NCBI GenBank assembly: GCA_041746715.1
Contig: JBGTGN010000156.1
Span: forward strand, 14,900 to 78,899
Source of the DNA: Pirellulales bacterium
Lineage (GTDB): Bacteria > Planctomycetota > Planctomycetia > Pirellulales > UBA1268
Direction of reading: 5' to 3'
DNA length: 64,000 nt
Part shown: one piece after another, positions 26,473 through 35,018 of the stretch
Layout: the number at the start of each line of letters is the position of its first letter
Numbering within the stretch: position 1 is the first letter of the stretch
Position numbers and translations under genes: made by a program
The notes under the pieces: generated by a model
Told to the model about the DNA's origin: nothing
What the model saw: only the letters and a program-made list of their open reading frames with translations
The model's database searches: none

Positions 26473-27834
26473 TCAGCGGCGGACGCGTTCAAAGTTTCGG
26501 AAGGCGTCCGCGGGCACGAGGGCATCGAGTTGGATCCCGTCTCTTCCAACTCCGCCGTCGAAGAGGGTTCGCCTGCGGCCCATGACCCAAGCGGCGGTCA
26601 GAAGATCGTCGCCGGCACCCAGTTCGACCAAAACGTGCTCGGCGGCGACGCGGACCAGCCGCACCGTGTCGTTGCCTTCTCCCGTTCGGAGCACGATCGT
26701 CGTGGCTGACACGTTCAAGACGGTCACCTGGTCCGCACCGCGCGCGGTCGTGACCGAAATCTGGCCGCCTGATGTGACGCGATCGAGGACCACGACAACC
26801 GGTAAATTGTGGTTGGGCGCGGTTGCGACGGCGACGTTGCCCCGTATTTCTGCCTGCCTCACCACAATAGTGTCGGGGTGATGGCCCGTGAATACCGTCA
26901 GGCCGCCGGCAGCCACTTGATCGACTGTCACATGGTCGCTGACTGATCCCGTGGTGATCAGACACTGGCCGTCGATCATGAGCTGAATGAGCCTGACGTG
27001 GTTGACGCCCTCGCCCGCGTTGACGGTGACATGACCGCGAACCTTCGCCGACCGAAGCGCGTCCACGCGCTCGAGCCTGACCGCGTAGTCAGGCCCGATG
27101 TCGATCGTGTCGCCTCCGCCGCTGGTCGAGATCGTCAGGGAATCGGTGCCGAAGTGCCCCATGGTGACGATGTCATTCCCGTCACCCGCGGTGATCTGAA
27201 TGGCCTCCGCGTAGGCACCGTCGAACGTCACCATGTTGTCACCGCCGTACACCCCGACCTCGATACGCCGCCCGACTGAAGAGTCAATGACCAGGACAAA
27301 GTCGTTTCCTTGGCCGGTGGTGACGACAAGGTCCGTGGCGATGTCGCATCGGCCAACCACAATGCTGTCGTTGCCAACGTTGCCACGGATCGTGAGCGAG
27401 TCAAGTGTGAGCGATGCTGGATCAGCGACCCACTGGCCGTCGATGAGCTGGACGCTTCGCGGCATCGGCGTGCCAGCAACGACCCGGTCGTCGCCATCGC
27501 CCAACTCGATCACGATCGAGCGGATCCCCTCGATTCCCATCACTCGATTACTGGCAGCACCATTCCAGGCCGATCGAATGAGCGTGTTGCCCTGAGCACC
27601 TTGGTCGTTCACCGTGAATCCTCGGACCCAGGCCAGGCCCCGCACCTGACCGATCTCGATCTGATTCGCAGCAGCGTCACCAACGATCCGGAGCACCCCA
27701 CCGTCCTCGATGGAAAGCGTCACATCGCCAGCCATTGGCAGCCGTGATTCAAGCGCCTCCAGCCCCAGCCGAGAGACACGGCGGCGGGCCAGACCCCGCA
27801 GACTCCGACGCATAGAATTGATTCCAGATTTCAT
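26473..27834 (-). CDS. Repeat-rich secreted protein with GxGNDxV (RTX/calcium-binding-like) motifs and an LEALESR N-terminal motif
   Basis: The ATG at 27834 is preceded by GGGAGGG. N-terminus MKSGINSMRRSLRGLARRRVSRLGLEALESRLPMAG. About 14 spaced motifs follow (GDGDDRVV, GNDSIVVG, GQGNDFVLV, GDGNDIVTM, GGGDTIDIG, GEGNDTVRL, GAGDDLLTA and others). Confidence 0.75.
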   Translation of the reverse strand: MKSGINSMRRSLRGLARRRVSRLGLEALESRLPMAGDVTLSIEDGGVLRIVGDAAANQIEIGQVRGLAWVRGFTVNDQGAQGNTLIRSAWNGAASNRVMGIEGIRSIVIELGDGDDRVVAGTPMPRSVQLIDGQWVADPASLTLDSLTIRGNVGNDSIVVGRCDIATDLVVTTGQGNDFVLVIDSSVGRRIEVGVYGGDNMVTFDGAYAEAIQITAGDGNDIVTMGHFGTDSLTISTSGGGDTIDIGPDYAVRLERVDALRSAKVRGHVTVNAGEGVNHVRLIQLMIDGQCLITTGSVSDHVTVDQVAAGGLTVFTGHHPDTIVVRQAEIRGNVAVATAPNHNLPVVVVLDRVTSGGQISVTTARGADQVTVLNVSATTIVLRTGEGNDTVRLVRVAAEHVLVELGAGDDLLTAAWVMGRRRTLFDGGVGRDGIQLDALVPADAFRNFERVRR

Positions 27835-27895
27835 CGCGGAGGCCCTCCCAAGTCGAAATCGGCTGACCGACAGCGACCAGCAGCAAAGAGTCGAA

Positions 27896-27911
27896 TGCAA
27901 CTGGCGTGCCA
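27896..27911 (-). promoter_or_regulatory. Sigma54 (-24/-12) promoter, perfect consensus
   Basis: The reverse complement is TGGCACGCCAGTTGCA, which is TGGCACG-N4-TTGCA with canonical spacing. It lies 63 nt upstream of the ATG at 27834. Confidence 0.6.
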
Positions 27912-28394
27912 CATGCGATCTTGGCACGCCGGGCTCGGGTCCATGGGGCCGCGTGTGTGAACAATGCCGCGGCGAAGCGGCCGCAGCCGCGGAAACTCTC
28001 CCGTCAGCGACTTTCTCTCGAGCGTGGTCGCATTCTGCGACAGCATGTCTCGTCCGCGAACCCCCGTTGCATAGTGCGGCGCAGTGCCGCAATTTGCGTC
28101 GGCGAGACTATCGAGTGGGCCATCGAGAAAGTCGCCGACACATCTCAGAAACCGCAGCACGTCAGGGCCTTGCGGGGCTTGAACTGACAGATTGCAAAAG
28201 TTCAGTTGAAACGCCAGGAATGCCGAATCTGGCTTTCCTTCGCTGTCAACCGCACGACATACTTCGTGGCCATGGGGCACCGCCTTGTTGCCAGGGACAT
28301 CCCATTCCCGAATCCCTGGGGCAACCCGTACTTCTCGAAGTGACATAGCATGAGGCCGGCCATGATGAGATTCCCCTACGGCTTGAAGCCTCCT

Positions 28395-29792
28395 ATGGAT
28401 CGTCGCACCATCCTCTGCCACCGTCTGCTGACGGCGTTCCTGTTTCAGTGTTCAAGTCTGCTTTCGTGCGTCACGACGACGTCGGTCGCCGCGGAGCTTG
28501 CCTGGCCCCAGTGGCGAGGGCCGGCCGGCGATGGCCATGCCCCGGCGGCCCACGATCTTCCCGTCACATGGAGCGAGACGGAGAATGTTGTCTGGAAGAC
28601 GCCGGTTCCAGGCCGCGGATGGTCAAGCCCTGTCATTGAGAATGACCGCATCTGGATGACGACGGCGATCGAGCGGGAGGCCACGCCCGAAGAGCGGACC
28701 AAAGCCACCGACGGCAAGAAAATGGCCGCCCAACTGGCGGTCTCTGGCACCGTGACGATCCGCGCCGTCTGCGTCGATGCTTCCACGGGAAAAATCCTTC
28801 ACGATGTCGAGCTGCTCACGGTCACCGACCCGCAACCTGTTCATAAGCTCAACTCGTTTGCTTCGCCGTCGCCGGTGCTCGGCAACGGGCGGCTTTTTGT
28901 TCACTGCGGCGACTTTGGCGCAGCTTGCATCGACTCCGCGACAGGCAAGGTGCTCTGGCGAAATCGTGACCTCCGACTCAATCACGAAAACGGCCCGGGG
29001 AGCACGCCGGTGGTCTGGAAAGACAAGCTCATTGTTCACCTCGACGGTAGCGATGTGCAGTCGATCGCCGCCTACGACACAGCCACGGGCAAGGTCGCCT
29101 GGCAGACACCACGCTCGGGCACGCTTCGCGACGACCCCGATCTCAAAAAAGCCTACGGCACGCCTGTGCTCGCCACGCTCGGTGGCCGCGACGTCATCAT
29201 CTCGCCAGCCGCCGACTGGCTCTATGCCTACGACCCGGCCACCGGCCAAGAGCTCTGGAAGATGAACTACGGCTTCCTCGGCTTTTCGATCGTGCCGCGG
29301 CCGGTCATGTCGGGGGATCTCCTCTTCATGAGCACGAGTTTTAATTCGCCGGAGCTCTTGGCCGTGAAACTCGCGGGGCCTGACACAGCGCCCACGATTG
29401 CATGGCAAGAGAAGAAGGGGGCGCCCACGATGGCGTCGCCGCTCGTGGTGAACGACCTTGTGTACATGGTAAGCGATAAGGGTGTTGGCACGTGTCTTGA
29501 CGCCAAGACGGGCGAGGTCGCCTGGTCCAAGCGGCTCGGCGGCAATTTTTCATCGTCGCCCCTGTTCGCCGATGGCCACATCTACGTGGGCAACCGCGAT
29601 GGCGACACCTTTGTCGTCAAGCCGGGCCGCGAATTTGAGATGCTCGCCACCAATCACCTCGACGGCGGCATCTTTGCGACGCCCGCCGCCGTGGACCGTG
29701 CGATCTTCCTCCGCACCGAACACGCTCTCTACCGGCTCGAGCGGCTTGAACAGTCGGCATCGTCCGCGGCGCCGTCCCGCGGGAGTTTCTGA
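28395..29792 (+). CDS. PQQ-like beta-propeller repeat protein (secreted)
   Basis: Signal peptide, then WPQWRGPAGDGHA...VVWKTPVPGRGWSSPVIENDRIWM and repeated propeller blades. An alternative start is the ATG at 28350. Confidence 0.8.
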   Translation: MDRRTILCHRLLTAFLFQCSSLLSCVTTTSVAAELAWPQWRGPAGDGHAPAAHDLPVTWSETENVVWKTPVPGRGWSSPVIENDRIWMTTAIEREATPEERTKATDGKKMAAQLAVSGTVTIRAVCVDASTGKILHDVELLTVTDPQPVHKLNSFASPSPVLGNGRLFVHCGDFGAACIDSATGKVLWRNRDLRLNHENGPGSTPVVWKDKLIVHLDGSDVQSIAAYDTATGKVAWQTPRSGTLRDDPDLKKAYGTPVLATLGGRDVIISPAADWLYAYDPATGQELWKMNYGFLGFSIVPRPVMSGDLLFMSTSFNSPELLAVKLAGPDTAPTIAWQEKKGAPTMASPLVVNDLVYMVSDKGVGTCLDAKTGEVAWSKRLGGNFSSSPLFADGHIYVGNRDGDTFVVKPGREFEMLATNHLDGGIFATPAAVDRAIFLRTEHALYRLERLEQSASSAAPSRGSF

Positions 29793-30895
29793 TGCGAGCT
29801 TTTTCGACACCACGGAACTCGGCCATCACCCGCCGCCGCATCCTTGCAGCCGGCATCGGCGGCGGAATAGCCGCTCTCACATCGACCGCCCACGCCGCGC
29901 CCCGTCGCCGTGGCATCCCGCTTGGCTTCGACAATTTTGCTGTGAGAGCCTGTGGATGGAACGCCCGGGAGCTGATCGACCACGCCACCACCCTCCGTTG
30001 CGACTCCCTCTTCATCACCGACTTTGGCCCTTTTGAGGGCAAGCTCGACGATGCGTCGCTCGGTGATGTTCGCCGTTATGCCGCTGACCGAGGCGTGGGA
30101 ATCGTGCTCGGCTCATGGAGCATCTGCCCGACAAGCGTGACCTTCACGAACGACCATGGCACCGCTCGAGAACACCTCGCAACTGGCATCCGGATGGCCA
30201 AGGCGCTTGGGTCACCGGCGTTTCGCGTGATCCTCGGGAATCGCGATGACCGGAGGAGCAAGGGAGGCATTGCAGCACGGATTGCCGATACGGTCGCCGT
30301 CTTGAAACATGCCCGCCCATTGGCCATGGATGCGGGAGTTCGCATCGCGGTCGAGAACCATGCCGGCGATATGACCTCACGGGAACTGGCTCAGCTCATC
30401 GACGAGGCTGGCGAGGATTTTGTCGGTGCAAACTTCGACTCAGGCAACGCCTGCTGGACGCTCGAGGATCCTGTGCGGGCGCTCGAGAATCTCGCTGGCC
30501 ATGTGGTGAGCACGAGCCTGCGCGACACGCTTGTGTGGGAAACACCCGGCGGCGTCACGGCCCAGTGGACCGCGATGGGAGAGGGCTGCACCGATCTTGT
30601 GGCCTTCTTTGACCTGTTCGAAAAGGTCTGCCCGGGCGTGGCCGTCCATGTCGAAACGATCTCAGGGTTTCCGCGATCGTTCCCGATCTATGACCGTGAC
30701 TTCTGGGAGGTTTTCCCGGACGGGCGGGCCGACGAGCTCGCCGCGTTTCTTGCCCTCGCAAAGCGTGGCCGGCCGATCAAACCCTTCACGCCCCAGGCGG
30801 GCGATGGCAAGGTCGCGTCAGAGCGGGAATACCAGCTCGCTGAGCTCGCCCGCAGCATCACCTACTGCCGCGACACGCTGGGCATCGGAAAATAA
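29792..30895 (+). CDS. Xylose-isomerase-like TIM-barrel sugar phosphate isomerase/epimerase with Tat signal
   Basis: Twin-arginine leader TRRRILAAGIGGGIAALTSTAHA and the TIM-barrel motif IAVENHAGD. The ATG overlaps the upstream stop (TGATG). Confidence 0.8.
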   Translation: MRAFSTPRNSAITRRRILAAGIGGGIAALTSTAHAAPRRRGIPLGFDNFAVRACGWNARELIDHATTLRCDSLFITDFGPFEGKLDDASLGDVRRYAADRGVGIVLGSWSICPTSVTFTNDHGTAREHLATGIRMAKALGSPAFRVILGNRDDRRSKGGIAARIADTVAVLKHARPLAMDAGVRIAVENHAGDMTSRELAQLIDEAGEDFVGANFDSGNACWTLEDPVRALENLAGHVVSTSLRDTLVWETPGGVTAQWTAMGEGCTDLVAFFDLFEKVCPGVAVHVETISGFPRSFPIYDRDFWEVFPDGRADELAAFLALAKRGRPIKPFTPQAGDGKVASEREYQLAELARSITYCRDTLGIGK

Positions 30896-31147
30896 GGACG
30901 GGAGCAATACTTTTCGGCACTCCGATTGCGCGGGTGTCATCTCTCCCTCTTCCTCTGGGAGAAGGCCGGGGTGAGGGTGCTTTCGTCGCCCATTCGAAGG
31001 TGTCTCAAACAGCTTCACGTTCGAGGACGTGCAAGAAATCCGCGTGCAGCTTCCCTACGATGGCCTGCGGCACGTCCGTGCGAATGCACCATCGGGCATC
31101 ATCGCCCTCCACGAGCACCTCACCGATTCCGATCGACTTCTCGGCGA

Positions 31148-33415
31148 TCAAAGTGTCTCGTCTGGTAGGGAGTCGCCCGGGAGCTCGGGCGGAGGATACT
31201 TCGCTCGGAGCGCTTCAAACACGGGGAGCCGAAGGGACGCACCGAGACCATCGGTCTCATACAGGTCGTCCGTCGAATAGCCTGCATCCAGGCACTTCTC
31301 GATCCAGTGGGCGGTCTGCTCCACGTGGCCACGGGCAGCAGATACAACCGCCTGGAGAATCGGATCGTCGTACTGCTCGGCATACGACCGAGCCTCGCGG
31401 GCGGCCTCCTCGTATCGCTCGAGCTCGAGGAGCAGTGTGACCTTCACGTATGGCCACGCGTGCTCAAACTCCTCGTCTCCGGCCACGACACCCGCGTGCC
31501 GTGTCATCAAGGCATCGGCAACGTGGTACTCACCGACGTCGCAGGCCAATCGAATTTTCCAGAATGCGACAGCCGGATCGTTTTCGTGCCCGTCTTCAAA
31601 CTCCGCTACGAGTGATTCCATGAGTCCCACGTCTGGCGGGTCGGAATCATAGAAAGCGAGCCACATCAACTGACGAAATGTTTCGGCTGCCGGCTCGACG
31701 GTGCGTAGTGCCTCCATCGCCTCACCACCATGGAAGTGGGCGACCACAAGACTGTGGCGAAATCGGCCGGATGGATCATCAGCAGCGAGACGCATCGCGC
31801 GGCGACAACAGTCAATCGCTTCCTTCCAGTCACCATCGCCCAGGGCCACTTGACCACGCGTATACATGGGCTCAGGGTCGTTCGGAAATGCTGACTCATG
31901 CATTTCGACAAGCTCTTGGAGCAACTCCCGATCAGGTTCCTCCTCGTCGAGAAAACTGGTGCTCAACGCTCGAAACATGGCCGATTTGTCGTCGGCCTGG
32001 CGATAGGCCTCGATCACCTCGTCCGATGCGAATGCGGCGGTAGCGAACAGATTCACGAAGGCGTCGTGATCATCACGGGTCGTGGTCGTGGAGAGCACGG
32101 CGGCGAGGAGGTCACACGCTTCGTCCCCATGGCCCTGCTGTAAAAGAGCGTGGGCGCCATAGTAGGCGATGTTGGGGTCCTGGGCATTGATCGTTCGATA
32201 GGCTGCCACAATCGCCAGGACCGATGCTGGATCATCCAAGAGCCCCTGGCAAACCGTCTCGAAGGCCGCCGGCGGGTCGTGAAGCCTGAGAAACCGCTCG
32301 CCGATCTCGTGGTGTCCATCTTCCGGAAGCAAGGGAGCCAGCAAGAGCAGCAGGTCGATTGATGAAGGGTCGTCATCAAGGCCGCCACGTGCTGCGGCCA
32401 GCGCATCTTCATGACGCTCGAGAGCTTGGAGGGCAAAAACCTGTTCGCAGGTCGCATCCGCGTCTGCTCCGAAGGCCTGAAGATACTGATCGGCCTCCCG
32501 GACGGCGTCGGCAAATCGTTCCTCATGGTTGGCCACGACGGCTCGCAGGTATCCGAGGATCACCATGTCGGACTGGAGCTTCTCGGCGACTGCAAACCTG
32601 TGAAGCGCCCCGCCGAAATCTCCATCGGCCAGCGCCGCCAGCCCAAGAAAAAACTCTCGCACGGCTCTCATGACGGGGGCCGCCTGGGCAAATGATGATG
32701 GCTTGAGGAGTGCCACCGCGTCGTCATACCGCTCTTCGCGGATGCATACTGCTGCCTTCCCCACGAGCTGCGCATCCCGCAGCAGCGCATGGGCCTCAGC
32801 GGGCGGCAGGTCGATGGCGGTGATGGCCGTTGCCATGAGGGCTGACATTCTCAGCGATGTCGATAGGTCTTCAGAGTCGTACACTCGCCATCGATCGCCG
32901 TGTCGAATGACCCACCACCGCATCTTCATGACGGCACCATTGCTCAGCCAGGCCCGCACGTAAAGAATGCCTTCCGTCCCGTCGGGGTTGAGGTCGATGC
33001 GCCGAAGTTGAGCTCTTTCGAACGACCATGCCTCAGCGTGTTCCACAAAGCGTTTGCCCACCTCGTTTGTGGCAGCCGCCATCAGCCCTTCACGCGAGGC
33101 GTCATCAACCCTGGCGCCGCTGGCGTGAATGGCTTGCCGCATCATCCGCGCACCGTCGAAGCACTCCTCGATGAGGGTCGAATCGGCTTCCTGGAATGCG
33201 ATTCGGAAACGCTCGATGAGATCGCGAAAGGGCTGGTCACGATCTCCGTCGGAGGGTTCGGGCTGCGGGCGAAAGATGTCGGCCACCGTCTCGTCGGATC
33301 GCGGCTGAGGAGCGGTTGCCGCGAGGCGATCCTCGACATGTCCAGCGGTGCAACCCCACGCGGCAACAAGGCACAACAGCAGTGGCGTGGGCAGCCGTTT
33401 CTTGAGGGGCCGCAT
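31148..33415 (-). CDS. TPR-like helical-repeat lipoprotein (hypothetical)
   Basis: MRPLKKRLPTPLLLCLVAAWGC is a lipobox-type signal. The rest is Ala/Leu/Asp-rich helical repeats. The start is moved from 33487 to the ATG at 33415. Confidence 0.7.
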   Translation of the reverse strand: MRPLKKRLPTPLLLCLVAAWGCTAGHVEDRLAATAPQPRSDETVADIFRPQPEPSDGDRDQPFRDLIERFRIAFQEADSTLIEECFDGARMMRQAIHASGARVDDASREGLMAAATNEVGKRFVEHAEAWSFERAQLRRIDLNPDGTEGILYVRAWLSNGAVMKMRWWVIRHGDRWRVYDSEDLSTSLRMSALMATAITAIDLPPAEAHALLRDAQLVGKAAVCIREERYDDAVALLKPSSFAQAAPVMRAVREFFLGLAALADGDFGGALHRFAVAEKLQSDMVILGYLRAVVANHEERFADAVREADQYLQAFGADADATCEQVFALQALERHEDALAAARGGLDDDPSSIDLLLLLAPLLPEDGHHEIGERFLRLHDPPAAFETVCQGLLDDPASVLAIVAAYRTINAQDPNIAYYGAHALLQQGHGDEACDLLAAVLSTTTTRDDHDAFVNLFATAAFASDEVIEAYRQADDKSAMFRALSTSFLDEEEPDRELLQELVEMHESAFPNDPEPMYTRGQVALGDGDWKEAIDCCRRAMRLAADDPSGRFRHSLVVAHFHGGEAMEALRTVEPAAETFRQLMWLAFYDSDPPDVGLMESLVAEFEDGHENDPAVAFWKIRLACDVGEYHVADALMTRHAGVVAGDEEFEHAWPYVKVTLLLELERYEEAAREARSYAEQYDDPILQAVVSAARGHVEQTAHWIEKCLDAGYSTDDLYETDGLGASLRLPVFEALRAKYPPPELPGDSLPDETL

Positions 33416-33524
33416 AGGCTCACCCAACGAGTGGAAAGATTGCTCAGGAATGCAGAATACTCTATCGATTGGAGCCGCCATGGGCATGCGGTCTCACGAC
33501 GGATCGGACGACCAACGGCCGCGT

Positions 33525-33690
33525 GAGGGGCAGGCTCGACGATGCGCCGCTTGGCGAGGTCTGCCGCTATGCCGCAGACCGATCAAGCCCCAAGCCCGCG
33601 ATGGCGGGGTCGCGTGGGAGCGGGAATACCAGCTTGCTGAGCTCGCCCAAAGCGTCTCCTCCTGCCGCGACACGCTCGGCCTCCTGGGCC
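33525..33690 (+). pseudogene. Internally deleted remnant of a paralogue of the 29792-30895 isomerase gene
   Basis: 33525-33582 aligns with 30035-30091 (GRLDDAPLGEVCRYAADR vs GKLDDASLGDVRRYAADRG). 33579-33680 aligns with 30773-30881 (VAWEREYQLAELAQSVSSCRDTLG vs VASEREYQLAELARSITYCRDTLG). The two halves are in different frames. Confidence 0.65.
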
Positions 33691-33699
33691 TAATACCCG

Positions 33700-34293
33700 T
33701 CACTCGAGTTGGCCATCGACGGCGAGCTGATGAAAATAGTGAGGCACCTTCGTCTGATTCTCGAGGAGCCAGTCAATTGATGGCTCATGCCGCATCGCCT
33801 TGCCAATCGCCTTGGCGGTGGCCTCACGGTTGGTCTTGAAGAGCACATCAGGGTCGTAGGTCACTTCGGTGATCGATGGATCGAGCCAGACCGAGACGAT
33901 AATTCCGAGATCGTTGGCTTTCTTCTTCGGGATGTCGCCGGCCCGCACAGCGTCGAGCACGCCGTGGGCGATGGCCGCCTGCACGGTGCCCATGAGGATG
34001 TTGGTGTACTTCGAGTTGTTGACGGTGACCTTGCTCACCATGAGCGTTGCCGGCCGCACCTGCACGTCGGAGTTGAGAATCGCAAACACACGGGAGTGCC
34101 CCTTGGTCTGGTCGCCCAAAAGATTCGCGATCGCATAACCCACCGGCCCATCGAGCTCGCCGATCACCACCTCCGGCTCCGCCGCGCTCCAGGCTTCATC
34201 CCCCTCCACGAGCGCCTCGCCGGTTCGCATCACGATTCGGCCACCCGCCGAACCTTTTGCCTTCGACTTCGTCTCACGCTTCTTCTTTGCCAT
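33700..34293 (-). CDS. fae: Formaldehyde-activating enzyme (Fae) family protein
   Basis: GEALVEGDE..., TLMVSKVTVNN, and QAAIAHGVLDAVRAGDIPKKKANDLGIIVSVWL parallel the Fae signature blocks. Strong RBS AGAGGAGAGCAACG-ATG. A Lys-rich 21-aa N-terminal extension is present. Confidence 0.7.
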   Translation of the reverse strand: MAKKKRETKSKAKGSAGGRIVMRTGEALVEGDEAWSAAEPEVVIGELDGPVGYAIANLLGDQTKGHSRVFAILNSDVQVRPATLMVSKVTVNNSKYTNILMGTVQAAIAHGVLDAVRAGDIPKKKANDLGIIVSVWLDPSITEVTYDPDVLFKTNREATAKAIGKAMRHEPSIDWLLENQTKVPHYFHQLAVDGQLE

Positions 34294-34395
34294 CGTTGCT
34301 CTCCTCTGGTGTGTGCGCGGTATTGTGACTGCATGGTGGCATTTCCGCGAGGGGCTACCCGTGTCATGTCGCAGGGCGCTTCGCTCGTCAGGGCG

Positions 34396-34797
34396 TCACC
34401 CAGGCTTGATCGCGTGCTTCTGGAGCAACTCCAGCGGCACGATCGCAAGTGTCTTTTCGTGCGTGGCTTCAAGGACCACTCGCGGAGCCTGGCCGGCCTC
34501 GGCGGCCTCGCGCCATCGCGCTGCACAGAGGCACCAGCGGTCGCCCGGCACAAGGCCCGCAAAGCCCCACTCGGGCCGCGGCGTCACGAGATCATTGCCC
34601 GCCTGCACCGTGAACTCGAGGAACGCCTCGGTCATGACTGAACACACCGTGTGAACACCGGCATCATCAGGCCCGGTGCGGCAGCAGCCGTCACGGAAAA
34701 ACCCCGTAAGCGGCTCACGGGAACAGGATTCGAGCGGGCCACCCAAGACATTCCGCTCGGCAGGACGTGACTCAGCGGGGTGATCAAAGGCGATCAT
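34396..34797 (-). CDS. DUF2237 family protein
   Basis: NVLGGPLESCSREPLTGFFRDGCCRTGPDDAGVHTVCSVMTEAFLEFT...GDRWCLCAARWREA matches the DUF2237 pattern. Confidence 0.85.
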   Translation of the reverse strand: MIAFDHPAESRPAERNVLGGPLESCSREPLTGFFRDGCCRTGPDDAGVHTVCSVMTEAFLEFTVQAGNDLVTPRPEWGFAGLVPGDRWCLCAARWREAAEAGQAPRVVLEATHEKTLAIVPLELLQKHAIKPG

Positions 34798-34808
34798 GCG
34801 CTTTCCTC

Positions 34809-34899
34809 TTGACTATTGAATGCTTGATTCAAGGTTGAAGGCCGGAAAAACCCGGAGCGGGGCGAAGGGCTGACAGGAGTGAACCGTTCAAACATCGAG
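34809..34899. repeat. ~90-nt intergenic element, copy A
   Basis: TTGACTATTGAATGCTTGATTCAAGGTTGAAGGCCGGAAAAACCCGGAGCGGGGCGAAGGG...GAGTGAACCGTTCAAACATCGAG. About three quarters of aligned positions are identical (by eye) to 43404-43496, in the same orientation. Confidence 0.7.
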
Positions 34900-35018
34900 A
34901 AAGCCTATCGTGAAGCAACCCGGCCACCTCCAGGGAGGGGCCGCCTCCTCTATGATGACCCCGCGGTCATGGGCACCGCAATTCGGCACCCGATTTTACT
35001 CGCGTCTACCAAGAACAC

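Noticed and set aside
30934-30985. CTCTCCCTCTTCCTCTGGGAGAAGGCCGGGGTGAGGG, reminiscent of REP-like GC-rich hairpin repeats
   Set aside because: There is only one copy in the window, and the arms pair poorly when checked base by base.
31005-31151. 48-codon minus-strand ORF (TTG start overlapping the TPR gene stop; MIAEKSIGIGEVLVEGDDARWCIRTDVPQAIVGKLHADFLHVLEREAV)
   Set aside because: It has a TTG start, no RBS and no recognisable family. It could be a gene fragment. There is not enough support to call it.
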